From the NCBI GenBank assembly GCA_049724395.1, contig JAUGWO010000107.1:310001-374000 (forward strand): a stretch of 64,000 bases of DNA. Reading direction: 5' to 3'. Shown here piece after piece: positions 22,313 to 36,197 of this stretch. The position numbers and the translations under genes were made by a program. Below the pieces are notes generated by a model that saw nothing but the letters and a program-made list of their open reading frames with translations, was not told where the DNA came from and searched no databases. The stretch is from Spongospora subterranea f. sp. subterranea (taxonomy: Eukaryota). Within the stretch, counting starts at the first letter, position 1, and each line of letters begins with the position of its first letter.

Positions 22313-24268
22313 CTGGATCAAAAAGTGCGTGCCAGTCTTTTAATCCAGTCTTATCTGTCAAACAGAAAAAACTGGTTTCAAATCACCAGTCATGACGTTC
22401 AAAAGACTGGATTCAAATCATTCGAATTAAATCAGAGGCCCCGCCATACAAATGACTGGTGGAGGCCGTAGTCCAGCAATACGACTTTGAGCTTCGTTTT
22501 GTGGAACGCCAAGGTTGAACGGGGTTAGCAGGTTTATGGGCTGTTGGGGTTACGGGTTTAAGAGGTCGCGTTTAGGACAGAGTAATAGACCCCTAATAAG
22601 AGGTGGCAGCTTTAGCGAAGACTCGTCCAGGCTTGAACTCGTCCGAGTGGCACTTAAAAAAATTGAAAATCTTCGTCCGTCGATTCAGATTATTTTCGTT
22701 TGCAAAATGTTGAAATTATTTTATAAGTTTTTGGACGAGATTTTGATCTCCTGGTGTGGCCCGTCTGTAGGCAGTTGGAACAAGTCATGAACGTCTCTTT
22801 GCACACTTTCGCAACGACTGCTGTATTTGCCCTTCCATAAGGTTTTGTAGAGTTGAGAGTTAGCATCGAACAGATTCAACGATCAATCTACGTACAGGGC
22901 AAGCCTTGAAATACGCAAATAAACATTCCAACAAAGACGTGAAGTAGCACGTATTATTGTCATGGCAATAACTTTGATACGTGGTCAGTGCATTTCTATA
23001 AATGATACGACTTCCTTTAGGGCGACCTGATTTAGCTTTCACTATATTGTCCGGGCCAACTATTTCCTTTGAATTGTTAGGGGCTCGCCCGTCATTGGCA
23101 AGTTTCCGATTGCGAACGACAACCGGCGCCTTTCTGGCGTATTTATCGATTTGCCTTTTCCATAGTTCAGCTTGCCCGTAGTGAACGGTTACGCCAGATG
23201 CGGCATCCTCGAAATCTTGTCGTAAAGACTCCGAGAACATCGTCAAGATTGACATTCCTTACACAAGCGAATTTTTGCGATCCGCAATCTGATAAGACGT
23301 CGAATGCATGGACTCGATTGGGTTCGAATCACTGCGGGCCATTTCTTCGAATTCTTTATCAGTGCACGATTTGCATGTAATATAAGCCTCCGCGTCACGA
23401 AGCCACCATTTAAACAATTTGGTGGCGTTGGGATATTCGGACTGTAATTTCTCAATCGCCGAGTTGACGGGCTCCTGAATGAGCTTTCGAATGTTTGCCA
23501 TAAACTCACCGTTATCGTGTTTTCCGACAACAGAATAGTTGCGGTTGAGCCGTTCAGCAGAGCTAAGGAATGTGCATGGCATCCCTTAATGAACCTGTTG
23601 GCTCTCTTACTCAAAGATTCGTCTACTAGTTCGAGACCATAAGTGTTGATAAATGAACCAATGATGGTCACATATGACTTGATGAATCCGTTCCTTTTGC
23701 TTCTGAGAAGTCCATGAGCATTATAAAAAAGAAAAACAAGAAAAATACCTGATGTTGAAATCATTGGGGTCGTTCTGCTTCGGCCTCAACGCTGAGACAC
23801 GACAAGCAGAGGTCGGTAGAGAACAAAAAAGAACCCCGACACATCTTTTTGCAACAAAACGCACGCCCTTGCCAATCTGGAGAGACCTTGTGCTCTGTAA
23901 CTGCCACCGGGAATAGCGATTAAGTAGATTGGGCATGTCCTTAATGTTTTCAAACCGGTATAGACAATCGTAAAGGGAAGTTGGAGGCAGGCATGAGTAT
24001 TAAGATCTCGGGATGTGATTATACAAGCTCTGGCTACCAAGTCTGCTCAAAGTGTGGAATGCGGGGAGCCGCACGGCCGCACCGCACCGTCCGGTACCCG
24101 GTAACCCTGTTCATTCACTTCATTCACTTCGCAGAAAATCCTTTGAGTCAGTTTGTACGGCGGGGCCTCTGGTTTAATCCAATGAGTCTTTTGAACGTGA
24201 ATCCAGCTTTTTTTGTCCAAGAAAAAAGACTGGGTTCAAAAGACTGGGCACACACTTTTTGATCCAGT
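22313..24268 (-). mobile_element. Mutator-like (MULE) DNA transposon relic with long imperfect TIRs
   Basis: Inverted repeats of ~125-145 bp (ctggatcaaaaagtg.gtgcc.agtcttt...cagaggccccgcc.tacaaa) at 22313-22457 and ~24145-24268. Fragmented internal ORFs show MDFSEA/RNGF, GCHAH (CxxH) and SNPIESMH motifs typical of MULE DDE transposases. Confidence 0.72.
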
Positions 24269-24779
24269 CAATTCTGTAGACCCGTTCGCATGAATTGGGT
24301 GTTAGTCTGTGGGTGTTAACGCCCAAAATCCAATCAATGCATATGGTGTTTACAAATCACCAAATACGACTCATGTCAGGTTAAATCGTTTCATAAAACA
24401 ACCAAGACGGTTTGGAGTGCTTTGGGTGGTCAAAGTATCACAACTGGTGTCTTCATGGTCTTCCATCCAAGATTGAAGGGTAAAACCTCCGTCGCGACCT
24501 CGTCGTTCCTGACGCCATGAATCAACATATCTTGGTGGAATCCCTTGCTGATTGATGGTGGCTCAATCGTCGCATCATAGGCGTCGCCGGAACCGGTCAC
24601 GCCCTCCCAGGACACAGTAAAAGCGTTGGTGTTCAGCACGTTATATCTTTCAATGAGTCCTGGTTGACAAAATTAGGAGCAACTCACAATCACAACCGTC
24701 CTGGCAAAATCGTCCAAGGTCTCGAGACAAAAGCTGTCGTCATCGTTCGAGGTACTGAACGCCCATTACTGTTATCACC

Positions 24780-26205
24780 GTTTTCTAATCCGTCATCAGA
24801 AGCGTCTCTGGCGCTGCCCCAACGCCACAAGTATGGCGATTTCCAGGACGTGTTCGAGAAGAAAAACGCTGACCAACTGCCCCCACATTGCACATACGAT
24901 TGCGCCATCAACTTTAAGGACGAGACTGGCCTGCTGCCATACAGGAAGGTCTACAAACTCGGCCAGACCGAACAAAAAGTTTTGCTTCAGTACATCGAAG
25001 ACAACCTCAAGAAAGGATTCATTCGCCACTCCAAATCATCGTTAGGATCACCAATACTCTTTGTAAAGAAGAAGGACAACAGCCTCCGACTGTGCGTCGA
25101 CTACCGCGATATCAACAATATAACCAAGAAGGAGCCTTATCCGATTCCTGCTATCCAAATATTTTGGCCCAACTGTCTTCTGCCAAAATCTTCACGAAGA
25201 TCGATCTACGAGGCGCTTACAATCTCCTTCGAATCAAGGACGGCGACGAGTGGAAGACCGCATGGTGCTGCAAATATGGAAATTTCGAGTATACGGTAAT
25301 GCCGTTTGGTCTAATGAACGCCCCGGTTATTTTCAGAGGTTTATGAACGACTCCTCCGTGAATACCTCGACAAATTTGTGGTTGTTTACCTCGACGACAT
25401 TTTGATCTACTCGGAGAGCGCGCTGCAGCACGACGTTAATGCTCGATTAGTACTTACCAAGTTGCGTTCAGCTGGTTTATTTGCAAAACTTGAGAAATGC
25501 GTGTTCGACGCTCAGGAAGTCGAATTCCTCGGTCATCTGGTCACCGACAACAGCATCAAGATGGACCCAAGTAAGGTGGAGACTTTCCTCGATTGGGCGA
25601 CACCTTCAACGGTCAAGGACGTCCAAAGTTTCCTAGGCTTTGCTAACTTCTACAGGGAGTTCATCGTAGATTTCGCCAAAATATCTTCACCTCTGACGTC
25701 GCTGACGAAACAAGATCAACCATTTGATTGGTCGGCCGCGACCGAGTCCGCGTTCGTGACCCTGAAACGAGCGTTCACCACGGCGCCTGTTATGAAACAT
25801 TTTGACCCTATCTTACCTATCATCATTGAGACCGATGCGTCAGACTTCTCCTTCGGCGCCGTGATTTCGCAACCGCAAATGGACGGTCAATTGCATCCTA
25901 TTGCGTTCTGTTTAAGAATATTAACAGTTTCGGAATTGGACTACGATGTTCATGACAAAGAATTACTCGCGATCGCGGTAGCGTTTCAAATGTGGAGACA
26001 TATTTTAGAAGGAACACAGCACAAAATCACCGTATACAGAGACCACAAGAATTTGGTTTATTTTACCTCGTCCAAGACTCTCAGTCGCCGACAAGCTCGT
26101 TGGCCATTAATGCTCGCTGAATATCTGTTCGTCATCGTGCACCGACCTGGTAGTCTATCAGGAAAACCAGATGCGTTGTCGCGGCGTCCCGAATACGAAA
26201 TTCAA
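24780..26205 (+). mobile_element. Ty3/gypsy pol fragment (RT-RNase H), frameshifted
   Basis: [72 protein letters not shown]. Confidence 0.95.
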
Positions 26206-26515
26206 CCAAACGACCTGAAAGCATCCAGTTTAAACCAGAACTTTGATCCAGCCAGATGTTTGACTATTGCTTCCATGAACGGCATAGGCCAGACAGTACT
26301 TTCGCAGAGTGCATTTACTCCACGAAGATCTACTGTCATTCTCCTGCCTCCATCCTTCTTCTTCACCACCAATACTGGTGATGCCCATTCAGAATTGTAA
26401 TTCTCTTCAATTAGACCATTCTTCATTAACTCATCAACGAACTTCTTCAAGAATTCGCTATCTTCTGTGCTGTATCTTCTTGCCTTGCATTTAAACGGAA
26501 ATGCATTTGACTGAT
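26205..26515 (-). mobile_element. Inverted fragment of a second Ty3/gypsy RT N-terminus
   Basis: FKCKARRYS...SEWASPVLVVKKKDGGRRMTVDLRGVN...WPMP...FKLDA. Confidence 0.88.
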
Positions 26516-26519
26516 ACCT

Positions 26520-28560
26520 GAGAGAATGTTGGTTTGGCGGGATGATATTATGGGGCATGCTCCTAATCCTCATGACCTTCTCAAGTTGCTTCGTTTGGTT
26601 TTTGTTCAATGTCGTCGGAAGCACTTAATGTCGTTTTTACCTCACGGAAGCACTTTGGTGCGGAAAAAAATACTCAGCTCGGGAATTACTGTAGTCAGGA
26701 TCCTAATAAGCTCAAGGTTTTTACGAAGTTCCAACATCCCGTCAATGCGGCTCAATCAATGCAATTTCTTTGTGCGGCAACATGGCTTTCTTCTAGTATT
26801 CCCAAATTTGTGATGCATTGGCTCCTTTACGTCTGTTTTTGGAACATATTCTTGAAAATGCTCCTGTCCGCACCAAAACGTTTGCTGCGCGTATTAGTCT
26901 GAAGGAAGCTGGGTGGAATGAGGAGCATCGAAAGCTGTTTGATACGGTATTGGATAAAATTCGTCAAGCAGTCACATTAGCGTACCCGGACATCGATCAA
27001 GTTCCATGCATGTTTACGGATGCAAGCCAAGCTTACTGGAATATTGCCATTACTCAAGTTCCTCCTGACAACCTAAACCTTCCTGTGGCCAGGTCATGAG
27101 CCTCTAGCGTTTTGTAGTGGGTCTTCGAGGGCTCGTCAAAAGGAAGCCTATCCAATTCAGCATGCTGTTGAAGTTTTTGATTACATTCATGCCCAGACGT
27201 TCATCCGTTTCGTATTTTTGAGGACCATCGCAACTTGACTTTTATCTATAATCCACAATGTTCTGGGGCTTTCTTACATCGTCATTCGTTGGACAAAATT
27301 CACTGGTGGCGTCTTAAACTCGACGGCAAGAAATATATCGTTGAGAGCATTTCAGGTGAAGAAAAATGTCTGGGCGGATATAGACACTCGATGGTCAGTT
27401 TCTGGTGAGGCGCCTGCTCCTAACTCTCGGGTTTTTAGGACTGTCCATATTGCCAGCCGTTGTTCAACCTTATGAAAACAAGGATTCTGAATGGCCATCT
27501 CTTTCTGACATCATTTCTATTCAGCATTCGTCCCCGGAATATCACCCCGCTCTATTGGTTGATGGCTTATCCTTCTTTTCCCCGAATATTATCTGGATCC
27601 TGACGCGGCCCAATCTCTCCAATTTCGCTTGCTGGTTATTGCTCATTGTGGGAGTTTCGGTCACCGACGTTTTAAAGTTACCTTTTCAAATCGAGGAGGT
27701 AAGGTGATTCCTCGTCCTTTCGGACCGGCGACTCATGGCTCCCGAGCCAATGAAGTTTTATTTCGACCTTCTCTATATTGGAGCGTCTTTTGGAGAAAAC
27801 CGATATGCCCTTGTGATCAAAGATGACATCTCTTCATTATCGATATTTTTCCCTTTGCCAGTCCTACTTCTGTAGTGACCGCTGTTTCCGTGCTCGACTA
27901 ATTCAGCCGGTATGGAGTTGCCCCCGTCTGGCTGTCTGTTCGCGGATCCCATTTTCTCAATCGAGTTATGGAGGATCTGAGGTTTCGTCTTCATTGTGAA
28001 CATCATTTTACGGTGGCGTACTGTCCCTGGTCTAATGGGACTGTTGAAGTGGTAAATTCGCACTTCTTATTTATTCTCCGTTCTCTACTGTCAGAATTTC
28101 GGATGAAAAAGACTGAAATGGCCCCATCTAATACCGCTTGTACGTTTTGTTCTCAACAATTCTGCTTCAGATTATCGTCTTCCTGCTGTGACTTTATTCA
28201 TGGGCGCTCCCGCCAGTTCGGCACTTGATGCGGTTTGGAATCCAAAATCAAGAAGTGTATTACAGGTACCGCTTCACTCGACGCCCTGAATACCATGTTA
28301 AGAACTTTCGAGATCTTTGGCTGTTATGCGCAAACACGTTCAAGAGGGCCGTGATTTTTGTCGGAAAAATGCAAACGCTCGAAGGAAGACAGTGCTCTCA
28401 GATTTTTCGCTTGGTGATTTTGTTCTAGTTTGTGACACTCTTCACGCGACGGGTTCTGAATTGTCAGTGCAGTGGAAAGGGCTTCACCAAATTGTCCGAG
28501 TTGTGAATGACTACGTTTATAAAGTTCGTGATCTGGTTTCCAATGTAATAGAAACGAAAT
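26520..28560 (+). mobile_element. Degenerate Ty3/gypsy RT C-terminus, RNase H and integrase
   Basis: LVWRDDIMG, MFTDASQAYW, LVIAHCGSFGHR (integrase zinc finger), HHFTVAYCPWSNGTVEVVN, QWKGLHQIVRVVNDYVY. Confidence 0.88.
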
Positions 28561-29278
28561 CGTGTAGTCGCAGAACGTAAACACAGTCAAGGGGGTGGGA
28601 CGATGGCTCGCCAGTCAGCATCGTGACCGGAGCGAAATTCTTCGGGCGACGATCGTATGGTTCAGCGTATACCGTAAGAGCACGAGAAGCTGCGGCCAAT
28701 CCGCTCTAGGCGAAATTCGGATATCCAATTGCGTAGCAAAAACAGTACACTGAAGAATAGAGTTGATTGGGAAAAGGTGTTTGTTTCAACAGATGGGATC
28801 GTATTTGTGAATGAGGCATAACACAGTAATGATGATGGTTGGTCAATTTGGATGCGCCTCCTGAAACAATGAAACTGTGCACCGTATCCAATGTGAGATG
28901 ATATTCCCACCGAATTCACCAAGGATTACTCATTGTGCACATGGAAGAACAGGCCAATTTTCCGAGCGCATCGTGTTGAGTCAATCAAGAGAATGGTTTG
29001 CGATTTACCACCTAAAGATTAAAGCGATGTTGATATGAGAGATGTGCCTGATTTAAAAAATGTTTTAGACTTGTGGTGTTATGTGCGATACTGATGAGGT
29101 GAACGTGATCCGAATTGGGCAATTTCGTCTTGACAGTATCACGACGCATCGAAACCGATGGCTACTCGCAATATATCTTTGGCGACGAACCAAAATCTAC
29201 TGTGTTCCAACGTGGACCGAGTGAAATCTGCCTAAAGGGCGACAGTTTTATAAAATGCAGTTCAAGGTAGTTGGCTTA

Positions 29279-32200
29279 TCAGAATTTTGCTTTGAAAAGT
29301 TCAACAATTGTGGCGGCGAATGGGGTACTGTTTGCCTTCTTTTTCTCAATAGCCAACTCCAGCGCTGTCTCACCATTAGCCTTGATGGTGAAAGAGGCGC
29401 CTTTTTTCAAAAAAACCCGAACCAGATCGACCCTGCAATTCAGATTAGTCAATCAATCAAAAGGTGGTTGATCAGGCGTGATTTGCCCAACCGCTGTTGC
29501 GAAACTGCCAAATGTAGAGCAGTTTTGTCACACTTGTTTTGCATGTTGAGTAATTGTTTGTCCCACGTTTCACAGAAAGTGTTTTGCGGTTTCCTGTGAG
29601 ATTATTTCAGCGATTTCGATGTTTTAGACATATGTGTGAACATGGACAGGCTAAAAAGACTCAGAAATCCATCAAAGAACCCAAACCATCTCTTCTTGTT
29701 ATCCGGCAGCAGTTGACCGAGATCCTTTGATTCAATTATATCGATTACGATCTGTTCACTTCTGTGAAATATAAATCAGATTATTTGACAATATATCAAA
29801 AGTCGATCAGTGTACAGGTTATGCTCAACTGCAGAGTGCAGAACTGTATTTTCGTTATAGTCAAGAGCCATGGGATTGGCGCCTCTATCCAACAGATACT
29901 TAATAACGTTTTCCCTAACAAATCATCTTAATTAAGATGATGATCAGTGTCAAAAACGAAATAAGACCAACCGATTACATCTAGCAGCTTGATGGAGATA
30001 AGTGCTTCCTTCACTGTGGCGGTAGTTGATATTCAGGTTTTTAAGGGTCGAAATGATAAGTTCGTCTGTCCTGTGAGCAATTCCAATCATGTTTGAATAT
30101 TTGATGAATATTGAGCAATTTACAGAAACCCAGGCATATTGAAATGCAAGGGTGTGTTCCCATCATTATCCGCTAAGTTCGGGTCAGCACCTCTTTTAAT
30201 CAACACTTGAGCGATATTATCACTGAAACAAAACCCCATTTTTAACGGTTCACATCCAGACAGTAAACTTTGCCAACCACGAAAAACGAAACGCTAATAA
30301 GAGAGCAGTTTGGCCCATACGGTTCCTCAGATTGATTATTTCGCAGGCGCCAATCTGCCTGTGAGATGAATTCAGTGACTTGAATGTGCTAGATCCACAT
30401 TTAAGCAGATACCGATCATCATGATTCACTTCTCCATTCAAACACCCAGAAATGTGGGTCATTTTATTGTGACCCAGATTATCGGCCGCTTTGGGCCGCG
30501 CCGCATCAAGTATATGAACGAGTATCTGCTCATTTCTGTGAAATTCAAATCAAATACAATAATATTAGCAATTGAACAGCATACACGTTACTGTATACTG
30601 CACGATGCAATGCTGTATTTCCAGAATCATCAGCAATAGTAGGATTGGCGCCTTTATCCAACAAATACTTGACCACCACTTCCCTAACAAATCCGTTGTA
30701 TTGAGATGATGATTCAGAGTCAAAAACAAAATAAGACCAACCGCTCAGATGTAATAGCTAGATGGAGATACGTTCCATAACTGTTGCGGTGGTTGATATC
30801 CATGGTTTTAATGGTCGAAATAATGAATTCGTCTGTCCTGTGAGCAATTCCAATCATGTTTGGATATTTGATGAAGAGTGAGCAATTTACAGAAACCGAG
30901 GCATATAGAAATTCAAGGGTGTGTTCCCATCATTATCCGCTAAGTGCGGGTCAGCACCTCTTTGCAGCAACAGTTGGCTGATTCGATCACAGCTACAAAA
31001 CTCCATCATTTAGGATTCACATCCGGACAGTAAACATTGCCAACCGCCATAAACGAAACGCTAAACAGAGAGCAGTTTGGCCCTTATGGTTCCTCAGATT
31101 GATCATTTCGTAGTCGCCAATCTGTCTGTGAGATGAATTCAGTGACTTGAATCTGCTAGGTCACATTTGAGCGGATACCGATCATCATGATTCACTTCTC
31201 CATTCAAACACCCAGAAATTTGGGTCATTCTATTCTGACCCAGATTATCGGTCGCTTTGGGCCGCGCCGCATCAAGTATATGAACGAGTGTCTGTTTATT
31301 TCTGTGAAATTCCAATCAGACACAATAATATTAGCAATTGAACAGCATACATGTTACTGTGTATTGCACGATGCAGTGCTGTATTTCCAGAATTATCAGC
31401 AATAGTAGGATTGGCGTCTTTATCCAACAGATACTTGACCACCACTTCTCTAACAAATCAGTTGTATTGAAGGGCAACTCAGAGTCCAACACAAATCATG
31501 TCTAACCGACAAAGATTAATAGCAAGATGGAGAATTGTGGACCCATCAATGTATCGGTGGTTGACATCAACGTTCTGTATCATTGAGATGAAGAGATGGT
31601 TGGTCCTGAGTTCACTTCATTGAATCTGTGAAATTGTGATATTTCATCAATTTACATGGATGTGTCGTGGAATGGCCCTAGGTGATCTGAATCCGTTATG
31701 GTGGGATCAGCACCATTCTCCAACAGAATTTGAGCGGTCTCAGGACTATTAATTATAAGAAAAAAGCTGAAAGATCGAATGAGACTTAGACAGTAAATTT
31801 GACCAACCTAAAACGAGCAGTTGCAGAAAAAAGAGCAGTTCGCCCGTCCTGGGCCCGCAGATTGATTATTCCATCGCATGACAGTTTAAACACTTCAAGA
31901 GCGAGGTTTGAATTTCTGTAAGATCAAATCAGCCACTTAAATGTGCTGGATTGACATTGACGCAATGTACAGGCCACGAATTAAACTGTGAAGTAAACTC
32001 GAATAGAAGTGTTCCGTCATGCCACTTTGGAACCGAAGATCAGATGGTTTTGGCCTCCACGCATGAATGATATGAATGATGATCTGTTTACTTCTGTGAA
32101 ACTTCAATCAGAATTCATGGTATATTGAAAGATCAGTTCAGTATACAGGCCATGCCGAGTTGCGAGGTGCAGTGCTGTAAGGCCTTGGTGATCAGCAATG

Positions 32201-33816
32201 ATGGGATTGGCCCCTCTATCCAACAAATCCTTGACTAAAACCTCCCTAAATTACCAGTTTTCTTGTGGCGCTGATCTGTGTCGAGGAACAAAATTACGAC
32301 CAACCGTTCACATTTTATAGCAGTGTGGAGGAGTGTTTCCCCATTGTTGTTCCGGTGGTTGACATTCATATGTTATATGCATGAGAGAATGATTTCGTCT
32401 GTCCTGTGAGCACATCAGATACTGAAACTTTTGATGATTGGAGAGATTTGGCGCATTTACAGTGCAGATGGATAATTGATATGAAATGGGGTGTTCCCAT
32501 TATTGTCCGTTATAGATGGATCGGCCCCTCTGTCCAACAGAATTCTGACGATATGAAACCTGGGGAGAAGGAAAGTCAAATTTGATGGGGCAAATAAGAG
32601 GTAAACAGTAGATCTTGACCAACCTATCTTTAATAACTGCCTGAAAGAGAGCAGTTCTCCCAAAATCGTTCCTGAGATTGATTATATCCGATGTCGCCCC
32701 ATGATGGGCACATGGACTCCTGTGAGATTAAATCAGCGACTTCAATTATTTCGACAGACCGGTTAACACTAAACAGATCATTATGAATTATTCTGCCACT
32801 TAAACCCACAGAGGGGTCCGTCATCCCATTCTGGTTCAGAATATCGACCGTTTTTCGCCTCGCCGCATCAATTATATCTAAAATAATCTCATCACACCTG
32901 TGAGATCTCAATCAGATGTGTTCGATATAAAAGTAAACAGATTAGAGCAGTTTACAGGTTATTCTCTACTGCAAGGTGCAATGGCGTATTCCCATTTCTG
33001 TCGGTAATCATGGGATCGGCCCCGTTGTCCAACAGACTCTTGACAATCAAGTTCCTATAAACCGGGTGAAATCATTGACAGGAAATCAAAATCAAACAGT
33101 ATATTCGACTAACTGATTATAACGAACTGCCATGTGGAGTGGGGTATCACCAACCGAGTTCTTGATATCAATAACTTGTGGTTTCAACATGTTGATTTTG
33201 TCCAAAATGTTAATGACGGCGATATTTCTATAGACGTTTGAGATAAGATGTAATACAGCGTGATGAGGAATATAATACAGGCCCCGAAAAGCGGCGATGT
33301 GCAATGGAGTATTCCCATATTGATCGGTTAACAATAGATTGGCCCCTCTGTCTATTATAATGATGGCGACATTTTCCCTATCGACGTTTAAAGACCCGGA
33401 AAACAGAGCCTTTGTCACCTTTAGTTTACCGCTTGTAATAAAGTGCCATATTAATAGTTGTGGTGCGAAGTTTCAATGACCTATTCTGTGATGTTTTCGA
33501 TTAGTGTAATATTGTATCAGTTCCCCTATAATGTTCAAACCATTCCGTTCCAATGTCCCCGCACATCGTCGCTGAGTGGAATTGTATAGGGGCGATTAAT
33601 GAACTTATTCTCAATCTCGTGAGCCAATTTATCAGCAATTTCATTTCTAGATAATCCGATTAGTCATTTGAAGCATAACCCAACATAATTCCTCGATATG
33701 GACCCGTTTTTTAATGCAGTATGTAGGACATCTTGTGATGTTTGGAAAGTCATTGAGACCCCCGACCTCAAGATCATCATCATCATCAGAATCTCTGCAA
33801 TACCTGTTCCTGTCAT
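29279..33816 (-). CDS. Multi-exon ankyrin-repeat protein with possible signal peptide (effector-like)
   Basis: Many ankyrin exons (DRGANLLLTDQYGNTPLHIAA, VGDTPLHMAV, LDRGADPSITDNNGNTP, KTALHLAV, GETALELAI) separated by ~55-nt GT-AG introns. Putative start MTGTGIAEILMMMMILRSGVS at 33816; final exon ...IVELFKAKF* at 29279. Integrity of all exons not verified. Confidence 0.75.
29930..31470. repeat. Intragenic tandem duplication, ~770-bp unit including introns
   Basis: Near-identical blocks offset by 766 bp (e.g. paired ORFs at 30421 and 31187). Confidence 0.9.
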
Positions 33817-34050
33817 GATGATATCACAATAATGACCAATTACTTAATGACCGGTATTTAAAACTTTCTGCTGTAGGTACCGCAAACTGCCGCCGACTGC
33901 CGCCGGCATATTCTTTCAGGTTCGCGCACTTGAAGTTCGCCACCTGATCACAGTCTTTGTAACTAGGGTTTGTTTGAAACACAGTCCTCAAGAGACGTGT
34001 GTGTATACAGTAATATAATTAGTCGAGGTGTTATCCATTCATTTGTGGCT

Positions 34051-36197
34051 TGCGCCATCAACTTTAAGAAGGAGACTGGCTCGCTGCCATACAGAAAGGT
34101 CTACAAACTCGGCCAGACCAAACAAAAAGTTTTGCGTCAGTACATCGAAGACAACCTTAAGAAAGGATTCATTCGCCACTCCAAATCACCGTTAAGATCA
34201 CCAATACTCTTTGTAAAGAACAAGGACAACAGCCTCCGGCTGTGCGTCGATATCAACAATATAACCAAGAAGGAGCCTTACCCGATTCCTGCTATCCAAA
34301 ATATTTTGGCCCAACTGTCTTCTGCCAAAATCTTCACGAAGATCGATCTACGAGGCGCTCACAATCTCCTCCGAATCAAGGACGGCGACGAGTGAAAGAC
34401 CCCATGGTGTTGCAAATATGGAAATTTCGAGTATACGGTAATGCCGTTTGGTCTAATGAACGCCCCCGATTATTTTCAGAGGTTTATGAACGACTCCTCA
34501 GTGAATACCTCGACAAATTTGTGGTTGTTTACCTCGACGACATTTTGATCTACTCGGAGAGCGCGCTGCAGCACGACGTTATCAACGGTCAAGGACGTCC
34601 AAAGTTTCCTAGGCTTTGCTAACTTCTACAGGGAGTTCATCGTAGACTTCGCCAAAATATCTTCACCTCTGACGTCGCTGACGAAACAAGATCAACCATT
34701 TAATTGGTCTGCCGCGGCCGAGTCCGCGTTCGTGACCCTGAAACGAGCGTTCACCACGGCGCCTGTTATGAAACATTTTGACCCTATCATTATTGAGACC
34801 GATGCGTCAGACTACGCCCTCGGCACCGTGATTTCGCAACCGCAAATGGACGGTCAATTGCATCCTATCGCGTTCTATCCAAGAAAATTAACAGTTTCGG
34901 AATTGAACTACGATTTTCATGACAAAGAATTACTCGCGATCGCGGTAGCGTTTCAAGAGTGGAGACATATTTTAGAGGGAACGCAGCACAAAATCATCGT
35001 ATACAGCGACCACAAGAATTTGGTCTATTTTACCTCGTCCAAGATTCTCAGTCGCCGACAAGTTCGTTGGTCATTAATGCTCGCTGAATATCTGTTCGTC
35101 ATCGTGCACCGACCTGGTAGTCTATCAGGAAAACCAGATGCGTTGTCGCGGCGTCCCGAATACGAAATTCAACCAAACGACCTGAAAGCATCCAGTTTGA
35201 ACCAGAACTTTGATCCAGCCAGATGTTTGACTATTGCTTCCATGAACGGCATAGGCCAGACAGTACTTTCGCAGAGTGCATTTACTCCACGAAGATCTAC
35301 TGTCATTCTCCTGCCTCCATCCTTCTTCTTCACCACCAATACTGGTGATGCCCATTCACATTTGTAATTCTCTTCACTTAGACCATACTTCATTAGCTCA
35401 TCAACGAACTTCTTCAAGAATTCGCTATCTTATGTGCTGTATCTTCTAGCCTTGCATTTAAACGGAAATGCATTTGACTGATACCTGAGAGAATGTTGGT
35501 TTGGCTGCATGATATTCTGGGGCATGCTCCTAATCCTCATGACCTTCTCAAGTTGCTTCGTTTGGCTTTTGTTCAATGCCGTCGGAAGCACTAAATGTCG
35601 TTTTTACCTCACGGAAGCACTTTGATGCGGAAAATATACTCAGCTCGGGGAATTACTGTAGTCAGGATCCTAATAAACTTAAGGCTTTTACGAAGTTCCA
35701 ACATCCCGTCAATGCGACTCAATTAATGCAATTTCTTTGTGCGGCAACATGGCTCTCTTCTAGTATCCCCAATTTTGTGGAATCATTTGGCTCCTTTACG
35801 TCTGTTTTTGGAACATATTCTTGAAAATGCTCCTGTCCGCACCAAAAAGTTTGCTGCGCGTATTAGTCTGAAAGAAGCTGGGTGGAATGAGGAGCATCGA
35901 AAGCTGTTTGATACGGTATTGGATAAAATTCGTCAAGCAATCACATTAGCTTACCCGGATATCGATCAAGTTCCATGCATGTTTACGGATGCAAGCCAAG
36001 CTTACTGGATGATTGCCATTACTCAAGTTCCTCCTGACGACCTAAACCTTCCTGTGGCCAGGCCATGAGCCTCTAGCGTTTTGTAGTGGGTTCTTCGAGG
36101 GCTTGTCAAAAGGAAGCCTATCCAATTCAGCATGGTGTTGAAGTTTTTGATTATATTTATGCCCGGGCGTTCATCCGTTTCGTATTTTTACGGACCA
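34051..36197 (+). mobile_element. Second copy of the composite gypsy block at 24901-27227
   Basis: Same RT/RNase H, same inverted RT fragment and same junction sequences; ~170-nt internal deletion near 34580. Confidence 0.93.

Noticed and set aside
24430..24650. Additional transposase N-terminal fragment outside the MULE TIR
   Set aside because: Only vague similarity (LPFNLGWKTMKT); cannot be assigned without a search.
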